Source: Acidobacteriota bacterium
GTDB taxonomy: Bacteria > Acidobacteriota > Thermoanaerobaculia > Multivoradales > UBA5704
NCBI GenBank assembly: GCA_040005235.1
Contig: JBDTZG010000008.1
Span: 32,001-96,000, forward strand
Direction of reading: 5' to 3'
Length of the DNA: 64,000 bases
How positions within the stretch are numbered: position 1 is the stretch's first letter; the number at the start of each line of letters is the position of its first letter. Below are positions 35,622-45,500 of this stretch, piece after piece. The notes beneath the pieces are model-generated. The model did no database searches. It was not told the DNA's origin and was given only the letters and a program-made list of their open reading frames with translations. The position numbers and the translations under genes are program-made.

Positions 35622-36524
35622 TCAGCGATAGAGAAACCGCAACGCCGCGGGTAGCCGCCTGCGCCAGCTCTGCTCGCTGTGGAGTCCTTTGGGGTCCGTG
35701 CGGAAGCGCAGGTTCAGGTCGCCGTAGCCGCGGGCGGCGAGGTGGCCGGCCATCTTGGCGACCAGGGGCAGGAGGGTGCCGCGCCCTTCGCGCATGCCGG
35801 AGTCGAGGTAGACGCGCGAAAACGGCGGTCGCGGCTGCTCGCGGACCCAGTCGAGGATCGCGCCGTCTCCTAGCCAGAATGAGGGTGACATTACGAGCGC
35901 GCCGCCCAGCTCCAGAGGACGGCGGAAATGCGCGTAGATGGCGGCCAGGCCGCCCATCGACGAGCCGCCGACCGCCGATCCGGCGGGGCCTTCGATCAGA
36001 GGCAGGCGTTCCGCCAAAGCGGGCTTCAGGGTGCCGAGCAGCCAATCGAGCAGGAGATCGATCTCTCCTTCGACCCCCTGGACCGGGAAGGGCGACAGCT
36101 CGCGGATCCGCTCGGGACCGCCGTGATCGATGCCGACCAGGATCGGTGCGAGCTTGCCCGCTCGGGCGAGCCGCTCGGCGGCCTCGTGGGCATACCAGCC
36201 TCCGGCGTACGAGGGCTCGTCATCGAAGACGTTCTGGCCGTCGAACAGGAAAAGGGTGAAGCGGGGGATCTCCGGCTTGAAATCGGTCGGCAGGTAGAGG
36301 CGAACGCGGCGCGGGACGAGGCCCGGCGTGGCATAAGGGCCCAGCACCTGGATCTTTCCCGGAGTCGGCTCCGGCCAGTCCGCGCCGGGAGCCAGGGGAA
36401 GCGGGGAAACCGGCGGCGCCGCTTCCGCTTCGAGCCGATCGGTTTCCGCGCCCGCCCCTTCGGCGAACGGCAAGTCATCGAGCAACGCCTCTTCGACATC
36501 ACGCAACCGGTTACACTCCCCCAA
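35622..36524 (-). CDS. Alpha/beta hydrolase (putative esterase family)
   Basis: LYLP...FDGQNVF, nucleophile GGSSMGG and HSEQSW. Start uncertain. Confidence 0.85.
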   Translation of the reverse strand: MGECNRLRDVEEALLDDLPFAEGAGAETDRLEAEAAPPVSPLPLAPGADWPEPTPGKIQVLGPYATPGLVPRRVRLYLPTDFKPEIPRFTLFLFDGQNVFDDEPSYAGGWYAHEAAERLARAGKLAPILVGIDHGGPERIRELSPFPVQGVEGEIDLLLDWLLGTLKPALAERLPLIEGPAGSAVGGSSMGGLAAIYAHFRRPLELGGALVMSPSFWLGDGAILDWVREQPRPPFSRVYLDSGMREGRGTLLPLVAKMAGHLAARGYGDLNLRFRTDPKGLHSEQSWRRRLPAALRFLYR

Positions 36525-36638
36525 AAAGCCCTGCGATTGCCCGCGAGCGGTTTGTCTACAGTTTATCAGGGCATGGGGACGCTGTCTTGAGCGTCGACCT
36601 GGCTTGAGCCTTTGGGCCGAAGTCTGTAGCCTGGCAGA

Positions 36639-37373
36639 ATGCCCGCCTCGCTGCCGCGCCGTGCCCTAAATGCCCTGTCCCGCCTGGCCGCCGGCCTTCC
36701 TTCCCGCGGCGTGGTATCCCCCGAGGTGGCCGACGATCTGTTCCAAGCGCACCTGGCGCTCTATGTCTTCGCCGCGCGATACGCGGCGGGCCGGCGCGTG
36801 CTCGATCTCGGCTGTGGCACCGGGTACGGCGCAGCACGGTTGATCGAGTCGGGAGCGGCTTCCGTCGTGGGCGTCGACCCCGACGAACGGCTGATCCGCT
36901 ATGCGCGCAAAAAGTTCGCCGGCCCTTCGGTGCGCTTCGTCGAAGCGCGGGCCGAAACCCTGCCGGGCGACCTCGGCCTGTTTGATACGGTGGTCGCGGG
37001 CAACGTCTTGCCGCATCTGGAGAAGCCGGCGCTCGCCATCGATCAGGCCGCGCGCCATCTCCAGCCCGAGGGCTCGCTGATCGCTTCGGTGCCGCCGATC
37101 GCCGACGACCGCGCGATGGAGATGCACCGCGCGGCCGGCGACCACCGGTCGAGCCTCTATCTCTGGGACTGGGAGACGCTCTTCAAGCGGCATTTTCACG
37201 ACCTGGCGCTGTTCCGACTTGAGGCGCCGCCGGGAACGGCGATCGATCTCGCGGATTCGTCGCCGTCGCGCCTGTCCGCCGCCGACTTCCGCACCGAAGA
37301 GATCCCGCTCGCCCGGGCGCGCGAGGCCGGCTCTCTCGCGGCGCTTTTTGTCGCAACCCGCCCGCGGCTGTAG
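36639..37373 (+). CDS. Class I SAM-dependent methyltransferase
   Basis: VLDLGCGTGYG, GVD and FDTVV...LPHL. Confidence 0.85.
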   Translation: MPASLPRRALNALSRLAAGLPSRGVVSPEVADDLFQAHLALYVFAARYAAGRRVLDLGCGTGYGAARLIESGAASVVGVDPDERLIRYARKKFAGPSVRFVEARAETLPGDLGLFDTVVAGNVLPHLEKPALAIDQAARHLQPEGSLIASVPPIADDRAMEMHRAAGDHRSSLYLWDWETLFKRHFHDLALFRLEAPPGTAIDLADSSPSRLSAADFRTEEIPLARAREAGSLAALFVATRPRL

Positions 37374-37406
37374 CGGTTTCTGGAGAGAAGATAAGCTAAA
37401 GGCGCC

Positions 37407-38399
37407 ATGGCGCGCGCTCCTGCTTCTCAGCTCGGACTGTTCGGCGACCCGCCCGCGAAGGCGTCCGCCGCTTCGGGCGTCGCGCCGCAGCCTCCCGATC
37501 CCTCTCTGGAGCGGCTCGCGGAGCAGATACCCCGAACCGTGTTCCTCGGCGGCTCCACCTGGTCGTATCCGGGCTGGGCCGGGCTGGTCTACGACCGCGA
37601 GTATTCGGAATCGAAGCTCGCCCGCGAGGGGCTCGGCGCGTACGCCAAGCATCCGCTGCTCAAGGCGATCGGCATCGACCGGACGCATTACCAGCCGCTG
37701 CCGGCGGAAGAATTCGCGGCCTATGCCGCCCAGGTGCCGGACGACTTCCGCTTTCTGGTCAAGGCGCACGAGGACTGCACCCTCTGGCGTTTTCCCGACC
37801 GGCCGCGCTACGGCGCGCGGCGGGGCCAGGGCAATCCCCTCTTTCTCGATCCGGCTTACGCTACGGAGCGGGTGGTGGGTCCCGCGGTCGAAGGGCTGGG
37901 CGCCAAGCTCGGCGCGATTCTGTTCGAGTTCGCGCCGCAAGATCTGGGGAAGCCGGAATACTTCGCGGCGGATCTCCAGGCGTTCCTCTCCGAGCTGCCG
38001 GGGGAGGCGACCTACGCCGTAGAGCTGCGCAACCGCGAGATGCTGGGGAAGGAATACGCAGCGGCGCTTGCCGCCTCCGGCGCCTGCCACTGCTTCAACG
38101 TCCACCCCCGCATGCCGGATGTCGCCGCGCAACGCCGGCTGGTGGCGCCGGGCCCGAAGACGATTCTCCGCTGGGTGGTCGGCCGCGGGCTGTCTTACGA
38201 GGAGGCGGGCACCGGCTTTCAGCCGTTCGATCGCCTGCATCGCGAGGATCCGGAAGAGAGAAAGGCGATCGCCGTGCTCGTGCGCGATGCGGTGGCCGAA
38301 GGCCGAGAAGCGCTGGTGACGATCAACAATACGGCGGAAGGGTGCGCGCCGCTTTCGGTGGGCAAGCTGGTCGAGGAATTTTCCCCTTCAGGGCAATAA
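37407..38399 (+). CDS. DUF72 domain protein
   Basis: GGSTWSYPGW, VPDDFRFLVKA, AVELRN and NNTAEG. Confidence 0.88.
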   Translation: MARAPASQLGLFGDPPAKASAASGVAPQPPDPSLERLAEQIPRTVFLGGSTWSYPGWAGLVYDREYSESKLAREGLGAYAKHPLLKAIGIDRTHYQPLPAEEFAAYAAQVPDDFRFLVKAHEDCTLWRFPDRPRYGARRGQGNPLFLDPAYATERVVGPAVEGLGAKLGAILFEFAPQDLGKPEYFAADLQAFLSELPGEATYAVELRNREMLGKEYAAALAASGACHCFNVHPRMPDVAAQRRLVAPGPKTILRWVVGRGLSYEEAGTGFQPFDRLHREDPEERKAIAVLVRDAVAEGREALVTINNTAEGCAPLSVGKLVEEFSPSGQ

Positions 38400-40691
38400 G
38401 GGTTCGAATCCCGTCGCCGTCTCGCGGATCAACAGCAGGTGAAAGCCGCGCCGCGGGCCGATCCGGACGAACCCCTCGTAGCCGGTGAAGCTCTCTTCGA
38501 CCCCAAACCAGCGGCCCGATTTTTCCGGCGCGGCGAGCGCGGCGAGCGCCTCGACGGTCGCGTCTTCGATGTCCGGCGCGATCAGGAAGGCGCCGCCGAT
38601 GTCACCGGTCTTGCCCCGTGCGCCTTTCGCCTGAATCACCGCGTCTCGGAATTCGGCGAGCGCCTGCGGGCAAGCGCGGGCGACCCGGCGGGCGACGTGT
38701 AGCGCCCTGCCGCCGTCGTCGAACGTTGCGAGGTCGAAGAAGTCGGCGCCCGTACCGTCCGGTCGAGGAAGATCGACGTGCAGCTTCGCGGAGCGAACCT
38801 CCCCGAGCCAATCGACCAGGTATTTCCAGCGCGCGGCGCGGTCGCGCTCGCGAAAGTAGGGGGGCAGCTCTTCCAAGCTCCACCCCAGAAAGCGGTGGAT
38901 CGGATCATCCTCCAGCCGCGCCATCGCGCCGGGCCGACCGGTCGGGGTGATTCCCGGGGTGCCCGGGATCGTCGGGATCGCCGGATCGAGCGAGACCTTG
39001 ATCCGTGCGGTGGTCTTGGTGCGCGAACCGATCTGCGTCCTTCCGCTGTCCAGAGTGCCTTTTGAGGAGATCCGCAGGTCGAAGTTGCGCAGCTCGCGGC
39101 GAAAGGTCGAGAACGAAGGAACGGGCGCGAGATCCTCGACCCGTGCCTCGACCGCGACCGCCGCCACCAACTCCGCCCAGGGCCGATCGATCGGCAGCCC
39201 TTCCCAGCCGGGGGAAAACATCTGGAGGATGCAGGTGCCCCCGGCAAATAGAAGCGTAGCCTTGGCGGCGCCGCGGGAGAGGTGGATCGCGCCCTCGAAC
39301 CCTTCTGCGCGCAGCTTTTCGCCCAGCGCCGGAAGGTTCACGAACGTCGAGTCGAGCCCCGCGTGGCGCACACGCCCGGGATGGAGCAGCCCTGCCAGGG
39401 CGCGCACGCGCGCTGCGCCCCCCGGCTCGGGGGCGGCGTAGAGGATTGCCGCCGACTTGGCCGGCAAGGCCTCGACCGCCGCATCGCCGGTCGCGTGCTT
39501 CCCCTCCACCGGGCCGATCGCCCCGACCACCAGGCCGTCAGCGATCAGCAGCCAGGCCGGCCCGAACGCCACCGCCCCGGCAAACGGCGCCGCATGGAGC
39601 GGCCGGTCGAGGAGCCTTTCGAGCAGGCCCTGGCGCTCCTGCACCCCCAGGTCCCGGCCCGGCCAGCTCGCCGCGACCGCCGGGACCGCAACCAGCGGCT
39701 CGACCGAAGCCCCGGTGTAGGTGGGCACGGTCGCCGCAGCTTCTATCGGGCTCGGCGCCGCCGTCCCGTTCGCCTCTGTTCTTTCAATCATCGAAATCCC
39801 GGCGACCCTTTGGGTCCTTTCCGTCTTTTCCGCCGCCGTTCCCAGGCCCATCGCCGCCAACAGCGCTTCCCGCATCTCCCCCGCGCTGGCGTACCTGTTG
39901 TCCGGCTCCACCTCGAGCGCACGCTCGATCGCCGCGGCCAGTCGGGCCGGAACGTGTGGCGCCAAGGTCCGCAACGGGCGTGGCGCCTCGGTGAGAATCG
40001 CCGTCGCGATCTGTAGGAAGTCGTCACCGCGGAACGGATAGGCGGCCGAGATCAGGAAGTAGAGGACGACGCCGGCCGAGAACAGGTCGGAGCGGCCGTC
40101 CACCTCCTGCCCGCGCAGCTGCTCGGGGGAGGCGAAGCGGGGGGTGGCAAGCAGGTAACCAGCCTGGGTCTTCACCAGGTCGGAGCCGCGCAAGCGGGCG
40201 ATGCCGAAATCGGTCACCTTCAACCGGCCGTCGGCGAGCAGCATCAGGTTCGCCGGCTTGATGTCGCGGTGGACCACGCCTGCTTTATGCGCCGCGTCGA
40301 GCGCCGCGAGCAGCTCTGCACCAAGCTGGGCCACCCGCTCGGGCGCCATCGGACCGTCCTCGCGGACGACCGCGTCGAGCGTGCGCCCTTCGAGCCACTC
40401 CATGGCGATCCACGGATTGCCCCCCTCGTCGCCGATCCGATAGAGCGTCGCCGAGCCCGGATGCGAGAGCGCCGCGGCGGCGCGCGCCTCCTGGAGGAAT
40501 CGGCGGTGGTACTCGTCCGTGGTCCTCTCGTCTCGCCCTTCGAGGGTTTTCGCGCGCAGCACCTTGATCGCCACGGTCCGTTCGAGCGCGGGCTCGAACG
40601 CGCGGAAGACGACCCCCATCGCCCCCTCGCCCACGCGCCGGTCGATGCGATAGGGAAAGGTGGCGGTCGGCTCGGGAGGAGGAAAGCTCAT
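38388..40691 (-). CDS. Cytoplasmic Ser/Thr kinase with uncharacterised C-terminal domains
   Basis: VGEGAMGVV, VAIK, HRDIKPAN, DFG and ATPRFASPE. About 450 aa of non-TM C-terminal extension. Confidence 0.88.
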   Translation of the reverse strand: MSFPPPEPTATFPYRIDRRVGEGAMGVVFRAFEPALERTVAIKVLRAKTLEGRDERTTDEYHRRFLQEARAAAALSHPGSATLYRIGDEGGNPWIAMEWLEGRTLDAVVREDGPMAPERVAQLGAELLAALDAAHKAGVVHRDIKPANLMLLADGRLKVTDFGIARLRGSDLVKTQAGYLLATPRFASPEQLRGQEVDGRSDLFSAGVVLYFLISAAYPFRGDDFLQIATAILTEAPRPLRTLAPHVPARLAAAIERALEVEPDNRYASAGEMREALLAAMGLGTAAEKTERTQRVAGISMIERTEANGTAAPSPIEAAATVPTYTGASVEPLVAVPAVAASWPGRDLGVQERQGLLERLLDRPLHAAPFAGAVAFGPAWLLIADGLVVGAIGPVEGKHATGDAAVEALPAKSAAILYAAPEPGGAARVRALAGLLHPGRVRHAGLDSTFVNLPALGEKLRAEGFEGAIHLSRGAAKATLLFAGGTCILQMFSPGWEGLPIDRPWAELVAAVAVEARVEDLAPVPSFSTFRRELRNFDLRISSKGTLDSGRTQIGSRTKTTARIKVSLDPAIPTIPGTPGITPTGRPGAMARLEDDPIHRFLGWSLEELPPYFRERDRAARWKYLVDWLGEVRSAKLHVDLPRPDGTGADFFDLATFDDGGRALHVARRVARACPQALAEFRDAVIQAKGARGKTGDIGGAFLIAPDIEDATVEALAALAAPEKSGRWFGVEESFTGYEGFVRIGPRRGFHLLLIRETATGFEPLLP

Positions 40692-40817
40692 CGGATCGAT
40701 CCCTCGGGCATTCAGAAGACGGCGGTGTCGGGCACACCCTGCACTACGCCATTTGCCGGATTTCAGATCGCGGTTACCGATCGCATAGAGTTCTCTTCTG
40801 GCGGAGGAGGAATCGCA

Positions 40818-41105
40818 ATGGTCAGTGCCGTGATCCTGCTGGTGGTGGAGAAGAACAAGATCAACGAGGTGGCCGAGCGCCTGGTCGAGTTGGACGGAAT
40901 CACCGAGGTCTACTCGGTAGCCGGCCAGTACGACCTGGTGGCGATCGCCCGGGTGCGCGACAACGAGCAGATCGCCGAGGCGGTGACCCGTCAGATGCTC
41001 AAGATTGAGGGCATCCTGCGCTCCGAGACTCTGATGGCGTTCCGCGCCTTCTCGCGCTACAACCTGGAGCGGATGTTCTCGGTCGGTCTGGAAGAAGGTG
41101 CCTGA
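40818..41105 (+). CDS. Stand-alone Lrp/AsnC ligand-binding domain protein
   Basis: GGAGGAGG RBS. EVYSVAGQYDLVA...IEGILRSETL. Confidence 0.88.
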   Translation: MVSAVILLVVEKNKINEVAERLVELDGITEVYSVAGQYDLVAIARVRDNEQIAEAVTRQMLKIEGILRSETLMAFRAFSRYNLERMFSVGLEEGA

Positions 41106-41511
41106 GGTCCCCGGAGCCGTGCTGTTCTTCGACGGCGGCTGCGGCCTCTGTCACAACAGCGTGCGCATCCTGATCGCGCTCGACCGCAAGGGCAAACTGA
41201 CCTTCGCCCCGCTCGGCGGCGAGCTGTTCGGCAAGCGCGTCCCGCCCGAAATCCGCGCCGGCCTGCCGGACAGCCTCGTGCTTTCGACTCCGGACGGCAA
41301 GCTTCACGTCCGCTCGAACGCCGTGCTGCGTGCTCTCGAAGTGATCGGCGGCCTCTGGACCTTTGAAGCCAAGATCGGCCGGCTGATCCCCGCCTTCCTC
41401 CGCGACCGCCTCTACGACGCGATCGCCCGCGCGCGCCACCGCTGGTTCGAGAAGCCCAAGACGGTCTGTCCCCTGATGCCGCCCGAGCTGCGGACGCGGT
41501 TCCGGGACTGA
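41098..41511 (+). CDS. DCC1-like thiol-disulfide oxidoreductase (DUF393)
   Basis: FFDGGCGLC, FAPL and RDRLYDAIARARHRWF. Confidence 0.9.
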   Translation: MPEVPGAVLFFDGGCGLCHNSVRILIALDRKGKLTFAPLGGELFGKRVPPEIRAGLPDSLVLSTPDGKLHVRSNAVLRALEVIGGLWTFEAKIGRLIPAFLRDRLYDAIARARHRWFEKPKTVCPLMPPELRTRFRD

Positions 41512-41607
41512 AAGTCTCGGCTTTTTCCCCGGGACCGCCGAGCACCAGCTCGGCACCGAGGCGGCCGGGATCGCCGGAGCGGCCGAGAGATTGCCCGGCG
41601 CGCCCAA

Positions 41608-41965
41608 CCGAAGCCGTCTCCGCCTTCTCCGAAGGGCTCTTCCGACGAACCGAAGGCGACTCCCGTCCGACCGAAGAGAACTCCGGACCGACCGGAAGGG
41701 TCCCGGGTGTTCGGGAATCCTCTTCCGTCCATCCGGAGCTGACTCCGGAACGACCGTGAGCCTCTCCGGAAGGCCGGGAGCTCTCTTCGGTCGGTGCGGA
41801 GCGCCCTTCTGACTTCCGGGAGTCTTCTTCCGCGTCCGCGGAGGCGTGCGGTTCCCTCCGGTGAACGCTCCCGGCCGGCCGTGAGGTTCTCCGGACGAGC
41901 CGGGAAGCTTCTTCGGGCGGTCGGAAGATCTCTTCGGACGGCCCGGAGATGTCTTCCGATGGCCC
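41608..41965. repeat. Degenerate 21-bp periodic intergenic array
   Basis: CCGAAG at 41608, 41629, 41650 and 41671, and CCGGAAG at 41692. Looser CGGAG/CGTGAG...CTCCG/CTTCCG units continue to about 41960. Confidence 0.65.
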
Positions 41966-42058
41966 CCGGTCGCTCGCCGATGTCCTATCCCCGGGTGTGC
42001 TCGTCCTGGGACCGCCGCCGTCTCGGCGGCGCTTTTCGCCGAGCTTCGCGCGAGCCCC

Positions 42059-42198
42059 GCGAGCGGTTGAAACCGCTCGCTACGTTACGACGTCCCTGGC
42101 GGGACGTTGACCGCCTCACCACACCAACCGTGGCCATATCACTGGGCGTATCGTCCCGGAGGGGGGACGTAACGTAGCGAGGAATTTCAATTCCTCGC
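42059..42198. repeat. Inverted pair of REP-like double-hairpin elements (REPIN/MITE-like)
   Basis: GCGAGCGG-TTGAAA-CCGCTCGC-TACGTTACG-ACGTCCCTGGCGGGACG at 42059-42106. Inverted counterpart at 42152-42198. Confidence 0.75.
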
Positions 42199-42222
42199 GG
42201 GCGCCCGGCACGCCGCCAATCC

Positions 42223-42494
42223 CTACCGGCCCGCGTTCTCCAGCTTAGCGCCGTGGTCCGCGTTCAGCGCGCGCTCGACGAGTTTCACGGCGTCTTCACG
42301 GTCGAGCCGGAAAAGCTGACCGCAACGGCTGAAGATCCTTCGATCGCCTGCTGGATTTCCGGCCACGGCGGATCACCTGCGCGCAACTCGCGCGAATCGA
42401 TCCACGCGTCCTGCTTGAGGTCGGCGAGCGTCCAACGCAGGTCGCGCACCAAGGCATCGTCATTCGAGCTGTGGGAGATGAAGAGCTTGCTCAC
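42223..42494 (-). pseudogene. Remnant of a TIR-domain gene (N-terminal TIR fragment joined out of frame to a distal fragment)
   Basis: GTG at 42494 reads SKLFISHSSNDDALVRDLRWTLADLKQDAWIDSRELRAGDPPWPEIQQAIEGS, a TIR_2-type start, and stops at 42285. A second frame reads LFRLDREDAVKLVERAL. Confidence 0.7.
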
Positions 42495-42504
42495 GGCGAA
42501 GACT

Positions 42505-45500
42505 TTACCTGCTGCGCGAATGCCCCACCATCTCCTTTTCGAACGCTTTCCCCACCGACCCGTGCAGCTCGCGCCATTTGGCGAGCGCCTTGTCGAGACG
42601 GCCGCGCATCTCCTCGAAAACCTTGCGCTGGGGAGCGGTGGGGGCGGAATCGGCCCCTTCGAGATCGGATTCGAGGCCGGAGAGGACGGCGCCGACGACC
42701 GAGAGGTCGAGGTCGCCGCCGCCGCTGTTGAGCTTCGCGAGGTCATCGCGGGTCGCTTTCGCGCCCTCGGCCAGACGTTTCGCTGCTTTGCGCTCGCCGG
42801 TGGCGAGTGGCGCGAGGCCCTTGTCGAAGGCGTCGATTTCTTCGAGCGCGTCCACCGTTTGGCCGAGGGCGTGGACGACCTCACCTGAGAATGCGTTGCC
42901 GGCCGCGAGGTCTTCTTCCGTCGCCGGGCTCCTCGGATCTTTCTTCACGAACAGCGGTTGTTCGAGCGTTGCGCCGTCTACGGTCAGGCGCAGGCGATAG
43001 CGGCCGGGGAGCACGAGCATTCCTTGCGGCAGGGTCGCCGTGTCGCGGTCGGGCACCGCGGCGATCGTGAAGTCGTAGTCGGTCGCCTTGGGCTGCGGGC
43101 CGCGCAGGTCCCACCAAAACCGGTTGTGCCCCACGTTCCTGGTGGGGACCGCGGGCGGCAGCAGCCAGCGGTCGGCGAAGTACTGCCGTGCGTCCGGCCT
43201 CCTGGGTGCCTCCGCGCTTGAAAATTTGCGGATGAGAATCCCTCCGGCGTCGAAGATCTCGATCTCGACCGGGCCTTTCGGGGTGCTCGGCAGAAAGTAA
43301 TCGATCGCCACTCCGGCCGGCGGGTTCGGCGTGGTTGGAAATTCGGGCGGCAACGGCGTGTCGCGGTTCTCGTTCGGCGTGAGCCGAATCGCCACGCTGG
43401 GCAGCGCGAGCGCCAGCCCCTGCTTGGCGCCGAACCCCGCACGCACCGCCGCGACGTCGTCGAGCACCCAGAGAGCCCGCCCCTGGGTGGCGATGACCAG
43501 GTCGTCGCCCTTGACCAGCAGGTCGTTAACCCCCGTGCGTGGCAGGTTCAACTGAAGGGGGGACCAGTGCGTGCCGTCGTCGAACGAGACGAAAACGCCT
43601 TGCCGGGTGCCGGCATACAGCAAGCCGGGGTGCTTCGGGTCGACGCGCACCACGTTCACCCAGGCCTCGGCGGGCAGGCCCGCCTCGGCGCGCCGCCAGT
43701 GGACGCCGAAATCGTGCGTCACGTAGAGCCAGGGCGAACGGTCGTCCAGACGGTGGCGGTCGATCGCCACGTAGGCGCTGCCGGGCTCGGAGCCGGCGTC
43801 GATCTGCGCCACCGCGCTCCAGGCAGGGAGGTCCTTGGGCGTCACGTCGGTCCAGTGCGCGCCGCCGTCTTGCGTCACGTGGATGCGCCCGTTGTCGGTG
43901 CCGACCCAAATCAAGCCGGAGGCGACGCGCGACGGGGCGATCGAGAAGATCGTGCCGTAGCCGCAGGCGGTGGTGCGCTCGATCGGCGGATCGACCCGAC
44001 CGGGCTCAGGCGTGCATCCCGGGGCGTTCGCCACCGCGCCGGTCAGGTCGGGGCTGATCGCCTCCCAGGTCTGTCCCTTGTCGAGCGAGCGGGATAGCAC
44101 CTGGGTCCCCTGATACAGCGCGTGCTGGGGGAGCCTCCAGAGGGCTTCGTCGGAGCCCAGTGCGTAATTTAGGGTGGACTGGGACTCTTCCGGCAGGACC
44201 GGCGGGCGCGGATCAATCGCGATCGGGGTGATCCAGGTGGTCCGGTTCGGCACTGTCGGCGGCCGGGTGCCGTAGGAAGAGACCGGCCAAGGGGAGACGT
44301 TCGCGACCCGGCCGGTGCGCGCGTCCCAGCGGCTGATCTTGCCGCCCAAACCGCTGCCGTAGACGATATTCGGATCGACCGGGTCCGGCAGATCGCCGTC
44401 GCGCTCGTCGCCGCCCACCGAATGCCAATCGCGGTAGGTGAGCTGGCCGTAGTTGCTGCGGGACGAGACCGAGACGGTGCCGCTGTCCTGCTGGCCGCTG
44501 TAGACGCGATAGGGGAATTGGTTGTCGATCCCCAGGCGATAGAACTGGCCCGTCGGCTGGTTGTACCAGGGGCTCCAGGTCTTTCCGCCGTTGACCGAGA
44601 CGGTGGTCCCCTGGTCGCTCGCGAGGATCATCCGCTCGGTGTGCGCGGGGTTGATCCATAAGTAATGGTAGTCGTCGCCGCCGGGCGAGCCCTTGATGTA
44701 GACGAAGGTCTTCCCGCCGTCGGTCGATTTGCGGAACGACTGGCCGGGAAAATAGACCACGTTCGGATCGCTGGGATCGGCGAAGATGCGCCCGAAGTAG
44801 CTGCTCGGGATCGAGCGGCTCGCCATTTCGAGCGCCCAGGTGGCGCCGCCGTCGTCCGACCGGTAGAGTCCCGCGCCTTTTTGCGCGTCGACCGCGGCGT
44901 AGACGCGCCGGCCGTTGGTGGTCGGCGCCACAGCGAGGCCGATCTTGCCGAGCGGCTCGTCGGGAAGGCCGGTGCGCGGCGCCGCGGCCCAGCTCTTCCC
45001 TCCGTCGGTCGAGCGCCAGATTCCGCTGCCCGGGCCGACCTGCGGTACGTGATAGCCCTGCCAGGGATAGAGCCGGGTCTGCCAGAACGCGGCGTAGAGG
45101 ACATCCGGCACTTCTCGGTCGGCGGAGATCTCGACCGCGCCGGTGTTCTCGTCGACGAACGCCACCCGGGACCAATTCTTGCCGCCGTCCTCGCTGCGAT
45201 AGATGCCGCGTTCCGGATTCGGCCCGAACAGATGGCCGAGGGCGGCCACCAGCAGCACGTTCGGATTGCGCGGATCGACCCAGATCCGGCCGATGTGACG
45301 CGTGTCGGCGAGCCCCATCGAGACCCAGGTTTCCCCTTCGTCGTCGCTCTTCCAGACGCCGTTGCCGTCCATCACGTCGAAGCGGGTCTGAGTTTGGCCG
45401 CTGCCGACCCAGAGAGTCCGGTTAGCCGAAGGTCCGGGAACGACCGCGAGGGCTCCTACGGAAGAAAACGGCGCACGGTCCGAGAGCGGACGCCAGGTGA

